From an uncultured virus (IMG/VR IMGVR_UViG_3300035498_000616) (lineage: Duplodnaviria; Heunggongvirae; Uroviricota; Caudoviricetes): a stretch of DNA of 64,000 nucleotides. Positions 49,088-62,965 of the stretch are shown one piece after another. Each line of letters opens with the position of its first letter. Position 1 is the stretch's first letter. The stretch lies in the IMG/VR virus record IMGVR_UViG_3300035498_000616; one strand, 5' to 3'. Made by a program: the position numbers and the translations under genes. Below the pieces are notes generated by a model. The model did not search any database, was not told where the DNA came from, and saw only the letters and a program-made list of their open reading frames with translations.

Positions 49088-50693
49088 TTAGCACACCTCC
49101 ATTTTCGCATTTATTTATTAAGCCTGTGTTATCTTCTGTATTAAACAATATCTATTCAGTTAATATTTTACCTGCTTCTATTGCATATTTATCATCTTTA
49201 GTTTCGTTATATTGTTTATACAATTCTTCTAATTTTTTAGTTACTTCTAAAGAGAATATAATTTCATCACATTCAATTTCTGCCTACTATTCACCGCTGT
49301 TATCAATTACAGGAATACCTTTTTTAGTAATATGTTCGTCATTATCCATATGATGTTTACGAGCGTGTAAAGCACCTTCAGGAATTACATTTTTCTGCTC
49401 AGATAATACTCCTCCGTTTTTAAAACTGATTTTTGGTTTCCACTCTACTTGAACTGTTGGAATCTAATTTACTTTAATTGTCGGTACCCAAGGTGAAGCT
49501 GGTTTCTTTTGCCGATAATAATATCTATCACCTTCATATACCAAATCATGAGTTTTCCATTTAGAATGTGGATTTTCGTGATCGTTGTAAATATCAGTTT
49601 CCCAATGAACTTCATCGTTATCCTCTTCTCTACCTAATTTTACAAAAGCATAATCACCGTTATAAAGTTTAACTGTAGAACCAAGATGATTAATCAAATT
49701 ACCTTTCTCATCTTGTTTAGCCATTTCTGTTTCCCAATCTATAGCATTAGTAGCATTTTTCCATCGCTCTAATTGGTCAAATGGTGTATGTTCATAAGCT
49801 AACTTTAAATCGTAATCCGGACTCAAAAAATCAGGATTAACTTCTTTAACCCATTCTTCGTAACTAGGTTTAATTTTAGCTCCGTTTTGAATTTTAGGTT
49901 TCCAAGTTTCCGAAATAGTTGGTTGCCATTCAAGCTTACCACCTTCTTTAGCAGAATATAAATAATCGTAACCTCCATTTAACTAATTTTCATAATTAGT
50001 GTAGTTAAGATCATTATCTCCCATGTATCGTTCATCACGTGCTTGATCAGAAATTTGTCCTAATTTTACTTGTTGTAAATTAGCTTTAGCAATAAGGTTG
50101 TTAGCACTATGTCTACTACCAGCACTCATTACTCCATATTTCTTATTGGATAACATTTCAGCTTTATTTGCTAATTTCTGAGAACCACCATAAGAGCCTC
50201 CAACATTTTCCATTGCATCTTTGTTAAGATAGAAACTGTTAGATTTCTTACCAAATCCTCCATTTAAAGCACCAATATTCCAACTAAAGAAATTACTATC
50301 CATAATCTAATCAGTTGTTGTCATTTGGTCAGTACCTGTATTAGCAAATTTCTATAAACCTTCTCCAACAAAAGCACCTACTTTCATGGCTCCTCCGACT
50401 ATTGTACCAATCGGAGCATAAGCCATGATAGAGGTGGATATTCCGTCATATATACTATTCGCAGTATTTGTAGTAGCAGAATCATTTTTTGAAGCTAAGA
50501 AAGATTTACCAAAATCAGCGACTTGTCCTACTGTACTCCATGCTCCTCCGCCATTTACAGTTAAACCGCTTCCAGGTGCATGAACTGTAGGACCATTATA
50601 CTGTAATGTTGATGGGAGTGACGAAGGAGCTGTTATACTACTTGTTCCAGCCTAACATTTTAAAATCTTTCTAACTCTTTTTGTATTTATCAT
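49074..50693 (-). CDS. putative virion cargo protein, 539 aa (TAG=Gln)
   Basis: Fragments 49983 and 49464 are in frame; C-terminal NVIPEGALHARKHH...AEIECDEIIF domain; several xxNGG/EGG motifs. Confidence 0.75.
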
Positions 50694-53600
50694 GCAAAAC
50701 TAACTTGATATACTGTATTTAAGAAATCAATTACTGCTAATTCATCTCCAGTGTATCTAATTCGTACTTTTAAGAATTTATCTTTCAAATCTACTTCTTT
50801 TCTGTTATGATGATTTCCGAAATCATATCCATACACATTAACATCCTATAACCAGTCTGTACTGTCAATTGCACTTACAGGATCTTCATATAATCCTGCT
50901 AAAGCATTATCATCATCGTCATTAGGAAATTCAATTTCACCTTTCTGTTTAATAACGTTAGGAATAGGTGAATTGTTAATATTTAAATTAGGTAATCTAG
51001 TCTTACTATTTTTTGCATAAGTCCAATCAGAATTTTCAGGAGATATTAATAGATTACCAACTTTCTTAGTATATTCATTTTTATAACAAACTACAATTGG
51101 ATTAATGGTAACTTTCCATCTATCTTCTAAATATCTACAATTACCTGCAATTAATGCTCTTGCCCCAGAAACAGAGTGATCTGTATATCTTGAATCAGTT
51201 TCATCTGTTGGTAAATCGTCTATATCAACAGCTAAAGAGTGATTCCATACACGATATTCTTGTCTATTAGGATAATAAACAATTTCTGCTCCAGATAAAT
51301 GTCTATAATCTCGGTTATCAGAGTATGTTGCTTTTACATAATAATCTTCAATTTCATTAATTGTATCCTAGCGAGCATAATAATTATGCGGTAAGTCTGC
51401 TGACCTAGGTTGCTATTTCGGCTATACTTTTAAGAAGTTTCTATCATAAGTAATGTCAACCCCGTTGTATTGCCATAAAGCTTTTAATGCTTCCTATCTA
51501 AAGAACATATTTACTTTGTCTCTAGCAAAATCATAACTCTCTCCGATTACTTCATAATGGAAAGATTCAGGTCTAGCTTTATTTGCTACTAATTCAAGAT
51601 TCTAGAATATCTTATGTGTTGCAGGATCATTAACAACAATACATTCAAATTCAAACGGATGTTGCTTTCCATACCAATAAGCGGGATAAATATCATCTGC
51701 AATATCAATAAGTCCAGCTTGTCCATGTTTCCAGAAATCTGTAGATAAGAACTATGTATTCCATTTAGTAGTAATAGCTACCATAGATTCATAATATCCC
51801 ATATCTATTAAAGAAGTATTAGTATTATATCCTGCTTGTAAATTATAATAAGCATCACTCAAACTAGTTTCTGAACTATCAGTAATAGCTTCAATATTAG
51901 CTCGAATATTTAAATAAGTTACAATTTTATCAGGATTAATCTAATCTGCTTTATCTAAAGTAGGACGTTTACCACTAATGTCTTTATAAATAGCAGTAAG
52001 TTCTGTATTTACTTTACCATCTTCAGGAGCTACTTTATTGCTGTCATAATCAGCATAAGTTCTGTTTTCTTTATTTCTGTAATATAATTCTGAGTGTAAC
52101 TGACTAACATCACCTTTTAAATATAATCCGTAAATCGGATGAATTTTATTTGGATCGTCAGTAGGATATTTCATATCATTAATTATGGTATTATTTTCAT
52201 AAGTATATTCAATCTGTTTAATTTCAAACATTTTATAATTCGATTGAATATCTCTAACTAATTCAAAATTAATTTGATAATCATATCCAGTTGGTAAGAT
52301 TCGATTAGTTAAAGTTAACATTCCGACAAATCCTTCTTTCTAGTCATCATTAAGATAATAATTAAAATAACTAGTTTCTCCAGATTTATTAATATATGAA
52401 ATTTTTAAATTGTAATCATCAACACTTTCATCATTATTAATTATTACATTAGATAAAGTTACTCCGTCAGCAAATGAATTATCTGCGTGACTAACTCCTA
52501 ATTTAGCAATATATTTAGACGTATTTCTATCAAATGAGAATGGAATATTATTTATATTTTCCATATAACTAGGAACCCAACTATAGAATGTTATAAATTT
52601 CTAAAGTAATTCATTCCAACATAAATTCCAAACTTTCTCTTCAAATCCATACGTATTGTCATAGAATGTAAATAACACATCACATTTATAAGCATTATAT
52701 AATGTTTTCACATTTCTAATGCCGATTTTTGGTGTAAGCTCTCTTTCACCAAGAGTAATATTATTATTTAAGAACTCTTGTACTTTTAAATCAGAAATAC
52801 ATTCAAACTAACTTCCATTCGTTCTCCAAATTTTCTTTGCAGCTGTATCAACTCCATACACATATTGATTATTGTTTCCAGACTTTCCTGGAGTCTTTAT
52901 GACACTTTCAGCCCATTGACTACCAAACATATCAGAGAGTACCGTAAGTCCACCATCGAGGACGTTAGAGGTGTTTATATAGATTTTTCCACTACTTACT
53001 TCTCCAGCAACAGCTTTTTCATTAACACCTATTCGAGCAACTCCGTGTTCAAATATACAAATTAAATATGAATCCATTGATATAAGTTTAACAATTTCAC
53101 CATATTCTCTTGTGTAATCTTGATAATGTTTAGCCTAGAATACTCTAAATCCATTTTTATAAGCATCATTAATATGTATATCGGAATACATAATACGAGT
53201 TCCAAACCAATTTTTAATATGAGGAACATTAGGTAATTCAAAGTTCCATTTTTCACTAAGTGATTTAGCGAAACCTTTATTATATACCTAAGATTCTGCT
53301 GTTTTATAACTACCTTCAACACTCATTGGAAGATAAGGGAAAAATCCTTTTGGATGACCACTCATTGCAGTTTCACTAACATCAGAACCATCTAATGTTC
53401 TAATATTTAAATTATTACTTGAACGAACTCTAAATGTACACCACATTCCGAGAGGAACAGCGTTTACATCACCCAAGTTAATTGATTCATATTTTTCTGT
53501 ATTTGACGGATCGTAATTATCTTTCCAAGTATCTTCGTCAACAATTTCATCGTTATATGGGGCAGAAGGATCATTAAAGTTTCTAATAACTCTATGAGTT

Positions 53601-56476
53601 ACCTAACATAAATAACAATCTCCTCTATATAAGTTAAATTGAAATTCTGAAGTAACACTTCCTAAAATATCAGTATTATCTTTAATAACTTCGCTAATTT
53701 CATATCTGTCACTAATAGCATTAAAAATTGAATTATCATTCATTCTAATTTGCATATAGTCATTCATATTAGCAGCTGAATATTCAGGAATATAAATATT
53801 TACTGTTGTAGCTGGAGAGAATTTATTACTTTCATCATTAAAAGCTAAATAAGTTCCAAATACACCTCTAACAATATCTGTATTTATTTTCTTATTAGAT
53901 TCCGTTTCATCATCTGTAACTGTTTCGGAACTTTTAACTTTCTCTGATTTATAATCTTCTCCAATACATTCATATCTCCAAGCTTCTTCTGCTTCACCAG
54001 CTCTTGATCGGAATTTTAATCCGTCAATTCCAACTACTTTAACATTATCGGGAACACCGATAACTTTAAAATTATATCCGTATGTACTAGTGTTATCGTA
54101 GTAAGAAGTAATGTAGAAATGTCTATCAGCATTATTAAAGAAATTATCACTATATCCTGTTAAATCATTACTACTCTATGATATTGCTGTTTCAATATAA
54201 TGTTTATTTCCAGTAAATATCTAGTTAAAATGTGGTTGATTTACTTCGTAGTCAGGACATAAAATACCTTGAATTTTAACATCATTACCATCTCTGATAA
54301 TAATTCGCTAGTCAAAATCTTTAACTAATTGTCTAGATTCATCAGTTTCAACACGTTTATATCCAGAAGGAATTTCTGTATTTCTGCCTTGAAGTTTCTT
54401 TACAGCAGTTGCTCTCTACGCAGCATATTTAATTTCATTAACTACATTATATCCAATTGCTGTAGCAACAACAGCTCCTGCTCCAATAGCTACTCCAACA
54501 CCAATTGCACTAGCAGCAGCTCCGACAGCAGCGATACCTGAAGCTAAAGCTCCGCTAACTACTAATGTTCCAGCCGTAGCAGCACCAGTTGTGGCAGCCG
54601 CGCCAGCAACAGTAACTAATCCAGCAGCACCAGCAGTAAATACACAAGCAGCCGCAACAGCGACAACAGCTACTACAATAGCAGCAACTTTTAAAACGCT
54701 TCCCCAACCTGAAGATTTTTTCTTTAATGTAAATGTATATCTCTAAAGAAATCCTTCAGTAATATAGTTAACCCCATTAATATCTTCAGTTTCTACATAA
54801 GTATCATCTAAAGAATCTGCTAACTATTCAAGTAAACCCCCTTGTGTTGGAATACATGGAGTATAACCAACTTGGTCAACACCAATTGTAATACCTTGTG
54901 CTAATACTAATGGAATACGTTTCTATCTTACAAAGAAGAAACCTTTTACTATTCCATGAAGATAGTCTAGAGTTTCGCTATCAATTCGAATATCTAAACT
55001 GTATATTTTATTAGTATCACCACCAACAGGACTCATTCGAATAACACCTTTTACATTTTCATAAGAAGCAGTAGATTCAGAATTATCTTTCTAAAGTCTA
55101 AATGTTTCTTCGTCGTATGTAATATAATTACGTTGTCCGTCTTTAGTTTTTAAATCAACTTTTGTATAGAAATTTTCATCATAGAGACCAACGTCATTAG
55201 CTCCGCGTATATTAAATACAGGTGTTAATTCTCCGTTTGGTAATATGTAAACAATACCGATACGATATAATTCGTTAGGCCAATAACCAGTTTTATTATA
55301 TATAAATGTTGGATCGTAGTAACCTCTATTAACAGATGTGATACTATAATCTTGATCCATTGATAGAGTATAATCCTCATAAGATACAAATGGTAAGAAA
55401 CGTAATGATAAATCAGAAAGTTCTTCGTAAGGAATATCTTGTCTATGAACATTAGCTAAGAATAACATGTTCTAACAAGTTGCAGATGTTACAGCTGAAT
55501 CAACAATATTATAATCGAGATTAATATCAGAAGAATCAACTTCGGAAACTTGTTCAAATCCTGTAATTAATATATTACAACATCCTGCGTTATTTACTAA
55601 AAACTTTTTCTCAATTTTCTCATAAACTGTATTGATATTCTCATTACCTTCTGCGGTACTTCGAGAATAATAAACAGAAACATAATTATAAGAATAATCA
55701 ATATTAGAAATATAAAACTAAACGTTTTTATAACTATTTTCATTTTTCTATCCAGTATGAATACTTGAAGGAATATCAAATCCAATAAATACACTAACTA
55801 GTCCAGATTCTCCAACAAAATCTGTTTCGTTACCATCTGCATCAGATAACTTAAAATAGAAATGATAATTTCCAACTTTTAAGTTACCTCCAGATGTATT
55901 GCCTTTATATGTAATTTTAGGAATTCTAGTTACACGCTTATAAAGCGATGTATCAATATCAAACTATTCTCCCTAATCATATATATTTGTATCATTATCT
56001 CCTTTTCTATCTACAATTTCGTAGGTATTTTTTCCAGTAGCACTAAATCTACTGTTAATTAATCTTGGAATATTCTTTCCATCATTTAATATAAGATTTA
56101 CAGAGCCGTCATAACTATATTGCGGAATTATATGAACAGGATGTTCTAAATCAAATTGTAATTCGTCAGTATCAAAATCAATTAGCTATCCTTTCTCATA
56201 TAATTCAGGTAAATCTCCTTCCATTTGAACTCCATTTTGAAGCCAATATTGAGGATTTTGTGGATCGTTAACAGTTATTTTAAATTTCTCTGCAAGTTCA
56301 GATTCACTATAATATTTTTCTTTGTAATAATATTTATTCTCTGATAATCTATAATTTCTAAATGGATTATATTCATAAACTAATTTACCACTTGTTGGAA
56401 GTGTATTAGTTAATACTTTTGGATAGATATTCTAATCCAAAACGGATTCCCAAGGAATTTGTACCCAATCTGCCAT
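50690..56476 (-). CDS. tail stabilisation/muzzle-like protein, 1928 aa (TAG=Gln)
   Basis: Five fragments share one frame; beta-rich; YVYGVDTAAKKIWRT and C-terminal DKFLKVRIRYTGD resemble crAss-like tail stabilisation proteins. Confidence 0.75.
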
Positions 56477-59400
56477 TAATCGTTAACCATTTGATAATCA
56501 GGTAATAAAATTTCATCTTTTCTTAAATGTCTAATCATAGCACTATTATTTTTACCAATTGAATAGAAATTAGATCCTCCAGATCTAGAAGTTGTTGTTA
56601 ATGTTAAATCTCCATTAGAATATTTAAACCATTTAGTTATATTTCCAATTGGACATAAATAATATTCAGATTCTCTATCAACGTATAGTGTATCATCAGA
56701 ATCACGTTTATAAATATATCTTCGTTGTTTATATTGGAAAGATGTACTAAACGGAACAAGCTTTTTATTTTCAAAATAATAGATTGATGAATCAGATAAT
56801 CCAGTTTGAGAAATTATATCGAAATCATTACTATCTCCGTCACCTGTAATATGATAAACTTTTACATAATTTTCAGTAATAGTTGTAGAGAAATCAGGAT
56901 TTTTATAATTAACATTTAACTAAAGAGGAACTGTTTTTGTACATCCTTGTAATTTAATATTAACATTATTCTAAGAAATATCGCTAATATTGTCACCCAA
57001 TTCATCAATACGACTCATTAATATATCTAAATAACCTTCTTTTTCTTTATTATAAAGGAATCCTTTCATTAATATATTAGAATTCACATCAGAACTACAT
57101 GTAATCTAATATACAAAATCAGTATTATAAGAGGTTGAGTTGGCAGTTAAATATTGAATACTATCAGTTAAAAATATATTCTATTTCTCATCATTTTTAT
57201 AAACATATAACTAAGTAAACGGCTCTGCGATTATATGTCCAAGTTGCATACTTGAAAAACCAGGAAGATGTTGAATTTCAGAATAATTAGAATTATTTGT
57301 TTGAACAACTTGTTGATTAGAATATGATCCGTTTCCAAAAGTTCTAAAATAAGTATTAAAGAAGTTTACTTCTCCATTACTATCTTTATAACCAATTCCT
57401 AATCGTGGATAAGTTCCTTTAAAATTGTCTTGACCATAAGTATAATTTCCGTTTTTAGTTCCAACTGGACCACTATTAAACTTCCAATTTCCATTCCAAT
57501 ATTTACGAACCGATGAAGATGTTTGAATAGCTCCGACGCCCGATCGTGAATTTCCGTTATTTTCATCATAACCATAATCCTCGGCTGAATCACCGTGATA
57601 ATTCTAAAACGTCCAAATAAAGAATCCATTTGAGAATATATCACGATAAGCATCAATTTTTGACTATTCTTCGCCTTGAAAATAGGTGTTGTCGTTTCCT
57701 TGATATTGTGAATATTGCCAGTTGGATTTTCCGTTTTCAGCATGTATATAGTCAATATTTTCCTATCCACCATTACTTTCCCATAGAACTGTATTAATAG
57801 AACCATCATCTTTATAACTCGCCCTGTGAATATTTTCGTGAAAAACATGACCTTTATATAATTCAAACAACTAAGCTTGATTAAGATAGATTTTATTATT
57901 GCTATACATCATTCCGAATTTATCTAAATCAGATGAAGTATAAATTAACGGTTTAACTACAGCTAATGTTTTAGTATCTTTACTGCAAGTTTTAATGTAT
58001 TTACTGAAGTTAATTAATTCAACGTCAAAAGTAAACTCTGGATTTTCCATTGTAAATTTCTTATAATTATAACCATCTAATGTATTATATTCTCCACTAG
58101 AATTTATATAATATAAGGAATCTTCGCTAGAATCGGTAATATCAAGATCAACTTTAAATGAATTTTGATATAGTTTATAATTCTCAGAATAAATTTCTGC
58201 TCCTATGCCTTTATATACGTTTTCTCCAAATAAACTATCAAGTAATGTTTGACTATAATCAGTTAAAACTAAATCATCAGTTGTATTAATTGGAGCAATT
58301 TCATCATGATTATTAAATGAACTTAATTGAGATTCTTGATAAGTATAATTAGATGTTTTTAAAGTTTTTTCTGCTAATGTTACTTTTACATCAATATTTT
58401 TAACACATTCTGTTGATAAATTAAATGTATTATAAGTATCTTGTAATCCAGCAGAAACAATTCCTTTAATTTTAGTTTTAGCATATTGTACTTGAGCACC
58501 AAGATTATCTAATTCAGTTCCAACAACTAAATCGGGATTTGAATAATCAGTTGATTTACTTACATAATCGTCTATAGTATAACTAACTCCACAATCAAGA
58601 GTTAATTTAGCTTCAAGTTCATTGAAATCATTAGTATTATAATAATACTAATTAAACATAGAATTAGTCCAGAAATAACGGTGAAAATATCTAAAATCAG
58701 ATTTATTATTTTCATCATAATTTCCGTCTGCATCTTTATAACAATATTTAATTACTATTCTAGCAAAATATAAGAGGTTAGAATACAAAGTTCCACCATC
58801 ATTAAAATATAAATCATTAACATTTATAACGTCTTCTGTTGGGTTTCCTGTTTCATCCAATTTACAAAGTACACCGTTATCATTAGTTCCGTAAACATTT
58901 TCAGGTTCATCAGGATTAAATACATTAGTTAATTTAGTATTAGGAGTTAATGTATCATAACTAAACGGTAAACCTTTATGATAAATTGGATTATCATTTG
59001 AATCCTTAGCAGTTAAATTCATATTCGAACTAGCATTGTCCGTGAAAATAACATCCGTAAAAGTTCCAGAATATGAGTTTCTATTTGCAATATGATATGC
59101 AGCACATATTCCGAGATTATCGTAAAATTCTATAACTACTTCTTTAATACCTTTATTCTCTTCACAATAAGCATCTAAACCTACTGTTAAAGTTGTACTA
59201 TTTCCAGAAGTATAGTATTTCCATTTGTTTAATTCAATAGATCCAGTTCCAACCTTTTTAAAATCAATTGAACCTGAATAAGCTAAACTTTTTAGCAAGC
59301 CATAAGACATTGCGGGTGTTATTTCATAATCGTAGACTGCGGTTTCAACATTATTTGGAATTTCAAATGTGTGAAATTCTTTATTTATAGACTAGCCATA

Positions 59401-60489
59401 AACATTGTGAATGGTAATATCAGAAATTTTTGTTTCCGCAATAGTTCCATCATCATTAACTTCTCCAACATCGTACAATCCTTGTTTGGGAATTCCATTT
59501 TCATAATATTGTTTTGCGTAAGGGTATTGGTCGTCTTGATCCGTAGGACGAGTTATTTCTGAGTAGTAATATTTGGTCTCATTAAAAGCTGTAGGAATAG
59601 TTATATCACTAGATATTTTAGATTTAGTTAAAACTATCCATTTTGGATCTGCACTATCAGTTGACCAATTAAGATTCCAAAACAATGTGTGGGTATTTCC
59701 TGTATCTGTTTTATTAGAAAAGATTTGATAAGTACATTCAAAACTATTTATTTTCTCCAGTTCAATTAGTAATGCTAATTTTCCAGATACTTTACTTTGA
59801 AATATTGAATATCCAGATTTTGTTAAATCGCGATAACTATCAATGTCTACTTCGTTAGTTCCAGAAACTTTAGATGTATTTATGAAATATTTGTCATACC
59901 ATTTAACATCAGAATCAAGATAATTAATTTTACCCGAATCTTCAATAGCAACAACATGAACATTAACAATACGATTAGTTGTTTTATCGTCATAATAACT
60001 TAACTTATCTTTGTTTTCATCAACCTAATCCGCATTATCAACATAAATCATAAATTTATCTCCTGGATTTAACTTAGTGTTCATTAATTCCTTTTTAATA
60101 GATTCAGCTTTTATTTCTCCGTTTTCTCCTTGAAAATCACTATTAGAAACACAAACATTTAAATCAGATTGTTCATCACTACTAATATTTCTTTCTGGAC
60201 TAGGAAAACATCCAATCTAAGATCTGTTAATTAAAGGATTATAAGAAACTACATAAATAATATCTCCGTATTCACAAGTTCCAACAGGTATATATCCATC
60301 AGGTAATCTAGCTGTTTCTACTCTACCGTTACCCATATCCTATTGTAATGACATTTCATTACCGTTAAATGTTAATAACGTTGCATTTAAGGCAGAAGTC
60401 ATAAATGTAGCTTGCGTATTATCTGGAACAAAATCCATTACTAAACCATCACCAAAAGTATTTTTAGCGGTAAATGTATTATTTTGCAT
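56476..60489 (-). CDS. tail structural (stabilisation-like) protein, 1337 aa (TAG=Gln)
   Basis: N-terminus MQNNTFTAKNTFGDGLVMD...NATLLTFNGNE...PVG..EYGDIIYVVSYNP...IGCFPSP. Confidence 0.75.
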
Positions 60490-61097
60490 TAATTACGCTT
60501 TTTACATGTTCTATTTTTATCTTTAATAAATTGATAATCATAATTAAATAAAAGAATATCTTTAAGCTTTAAAGGCTCTCTTTCTAAAATTAATTCTGCC
60601 TTATCCGTGTCTAGTTTTTCGATAAACATAGTATCACCTTTTTCAATAATCCACGGAACACGAAATACAACTGTTTTCGAACTTTCTCGGATACAACATT
60701 CATCGTATATTTTATAGAGGAGAATCTTTTCAAAATGAAAATGTTTTCTAGGTCTTCCTCGTTTATGTTTCTAAGCTAAATAATCCTAATACTGTTTATT
60801 GTTTAACGCAAAGTAATAATATCCATCCCACTCAACGTGTTTACGTTTATATAACACTTTAAGTTTAATAGACATCTTTCTTTTATAATAGTAAAAGAAT
60901 TTTAATGAGTCATTCATTAAACGCCCGCAATAAAACCAGAAATCTTTTTTTCTTACTAGAGTATCACCTCCATAACTATTGATTAAATATAATTGTTTTA
61001 TTCCATAAAGCATAATTTTTTCAATATCTTTTCTGGGAATTGTAGGATATAAATCAGCAATTTGATCGTAATAATCGTTAATAGTTTTCTAAATCAT
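60489..61097 (-). CDS. basic protein, possibly IHF/HU-like, 202 aa (TAG=Gln)
   Basis: Start MI(Q)KTINDYY; in frame with ORF 60786; TAATG overlaps at both ends. The function is inferred from crAss-like synteny. Confidence 0.6.
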
Positions 61098-61543
61098 TAA
61101 TAATTCTTTCCTTCGTTTGTGTGATCAGTAATCTTCTATTTCATTTTAGGATTAAGGTAAATCCATTTCTCTCTAGGAGTTCTCTTTTCACTTTGTAATT
61201 CTAACATTAACTAGTAACCACAAAAATCAGAAGTTAAAAAATCCACATCTCTAAATTTACCATTTCGAAATGCTCTTTTAAATTCATCTTCTTCTGTGCG
61301 TTTCATATACATATAACCTTGGGATTTTCCTACTCCAGGGAATTTAAAATGTACATTATTTTCTATAATATCATCTACAATAAGCTTCAATCCACTTGCA
61401 AATATAGATGCTGATAAATCTCTTTTGGATCCATCAGAATAAATTTCTTTACATTGTTCACTAGACATTTCTAACTTATCTACTGAGAAATTTAAGAAAA
61501 ATTCTTTAGTAGAAAAGGCATGTCCCATTGCGTAATTTGACAT
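61097..61543 (-). CDS. IHF/HU-like protein, 148 aa (TAG=Gln)
   Basis: IFASGLKLIVDDIIENNVHFKFPG has an HU/IHF-like helix-strand pattern; reads through TAG 61211 to TAA 61097. Confidence 0.65.
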
Positions 61544-61579
61544 AAAAATAAAAATAGGGAGACAAATTGCCTCCCTATT
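61544..61579 (-). terminator. intrinsic terminator
   Basis: ATAGGGAGGC-aattt-GTCTCCCTAT followed by TTTTATTTTT on the minus strand. Confidence 0.75.
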
Positions 61580-62273
61580 ACATTATCGGTTTATAAGATT
61601 TATTGTGTGTCTTTCGGTTAAATGATGATTGCACATCCAAGATTGCATCCATCTCTTCTTGAGATATATGTTCTGGAACACGTGCGGCATCACAATGAAA
61701 TAACCATCTTTGATGTAAATCTGTAGCCATTTTAAGCAATGCCTAATTATTTGTCTGAATTGCTTTCTAATATGTTTTAGTATAAGCAATAAATTCGGCA
61801 ACTGCTAAGGCTTCTTTATTGTTTAAATAAGGAAGATCATCTTCATCTAGTATCTATTTATGATATAGAATGTGAACTCTACCTAATCCTTTATTTACGT
61901 ATAATTTGTCTCCTACTCGTTTATATTTAACGAATTTTCCGCTTACGTAAAAAGGAGAATTGAAAGCTTTTGTACTTTCTATGTAGTTTTCAACAAACAG
62001 TGAATTTGTATCTCCGCCTTGACCATGTTGATTACTGGTATAATTCCAGTCTTCAGGACCACAATATGTTACAGCTTCTATTCTAAATACATCACATGGC
62101 AATTGAATAGAACCGTCTTTGCAATTAACTGGTAAAATTTCATGTACTAGATAGGTATTTTTATTTCCTATCATATTGTATCCAACTAAACCAATTTCTT
62201 CAAGATCCTCTAAATCACCTTCAATTTGATACAAGGTCTAGGCAAGACTTATAGCGTAGTGAAAATTTTCCAT
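61578..62273 (-). CDS. tail tubular/ring protein, 231 aa (TAG=Gln)
   Basis: Start MENFHYAISLA; IQLPCDVFRIEAV...ILDEDDLPYL..KEALAVAEFIAY pattern of podovirus ring proteins. Confidence 0.7.
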
Positions 62274-62965
62274 TATGTTATATATTGCTAATCATTCGGC
62301 AACTTAGGTGCAGCTGCTTGTCTGTAATAATAAAGCTTTTCTTTTGTCAATTTATCTTTAACTAACTAATCAATGAAAGATAGATTAACATCAGGTCCAT
62401 TTAACTCTTCAGTATTACAACAACTATACTAATTAAGTTGTCGCGGGTCTTTAAAAACTGCTACAACAGAAACCTATTCTAAAAAGGGTGCATTAAATAT
62501 AAAGCAATCTAACATTCCGTTTGCATTAGGAGCATAATCTATCCAAACATAGGGTTTGTTCTATGCTCGCTTTTTATATTTACGAGTTTGTAATTCAGTT
62601 AGCGAACTAACAACCTAAAACTAATTGCGTCTATCAGTTGAGCCTATATATTCAATAGATTGTTTACCAAACTATGAAATAACCTGTGGAATTTGGAAGT
62701 GGGCTACCACTGTATCATTGTCATTATGTTTTCCACATTTACATCGCTCTAATGATTCACAATCTACATCTATACAGTTTATGGCAATTAACAAATCTTT
62801 TATCGGATAAATGCCTTTTAAAAAGTATTCGTTAATTATCTATAGTCTACAAGCAACAATTTCATCTTGTAACTATTCCATATTCATAGATAAGTTCTGG
62901 TGATAACCTCTTAAACCAGAGACTACATCATTTCTAATCTACGATGCTAACTTCTCAATATACAT
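62273..62965 (-). CDS. putative ring/structural protein, 230 aa (TAG=Gln; absent from the ORF track)
   Basis: MYIEKLAS(Q)IRNDVVSGLRG...VVAVFKDPR...KLYYYRQ; TAATG overlaps at both ends. Confidence 0.72.

Noticed and set aside
40916..61801. Alternative-frame minus ORFs (40916-41239, 44570-44755, 47780-48049, 53062-53322, 55225-55452, 55597-55794, 57399-57866, 61583-61801)
   Set aside because: They overlap the main recoded frame, which stays open with TAG=Gln and carries the conserved motifs.
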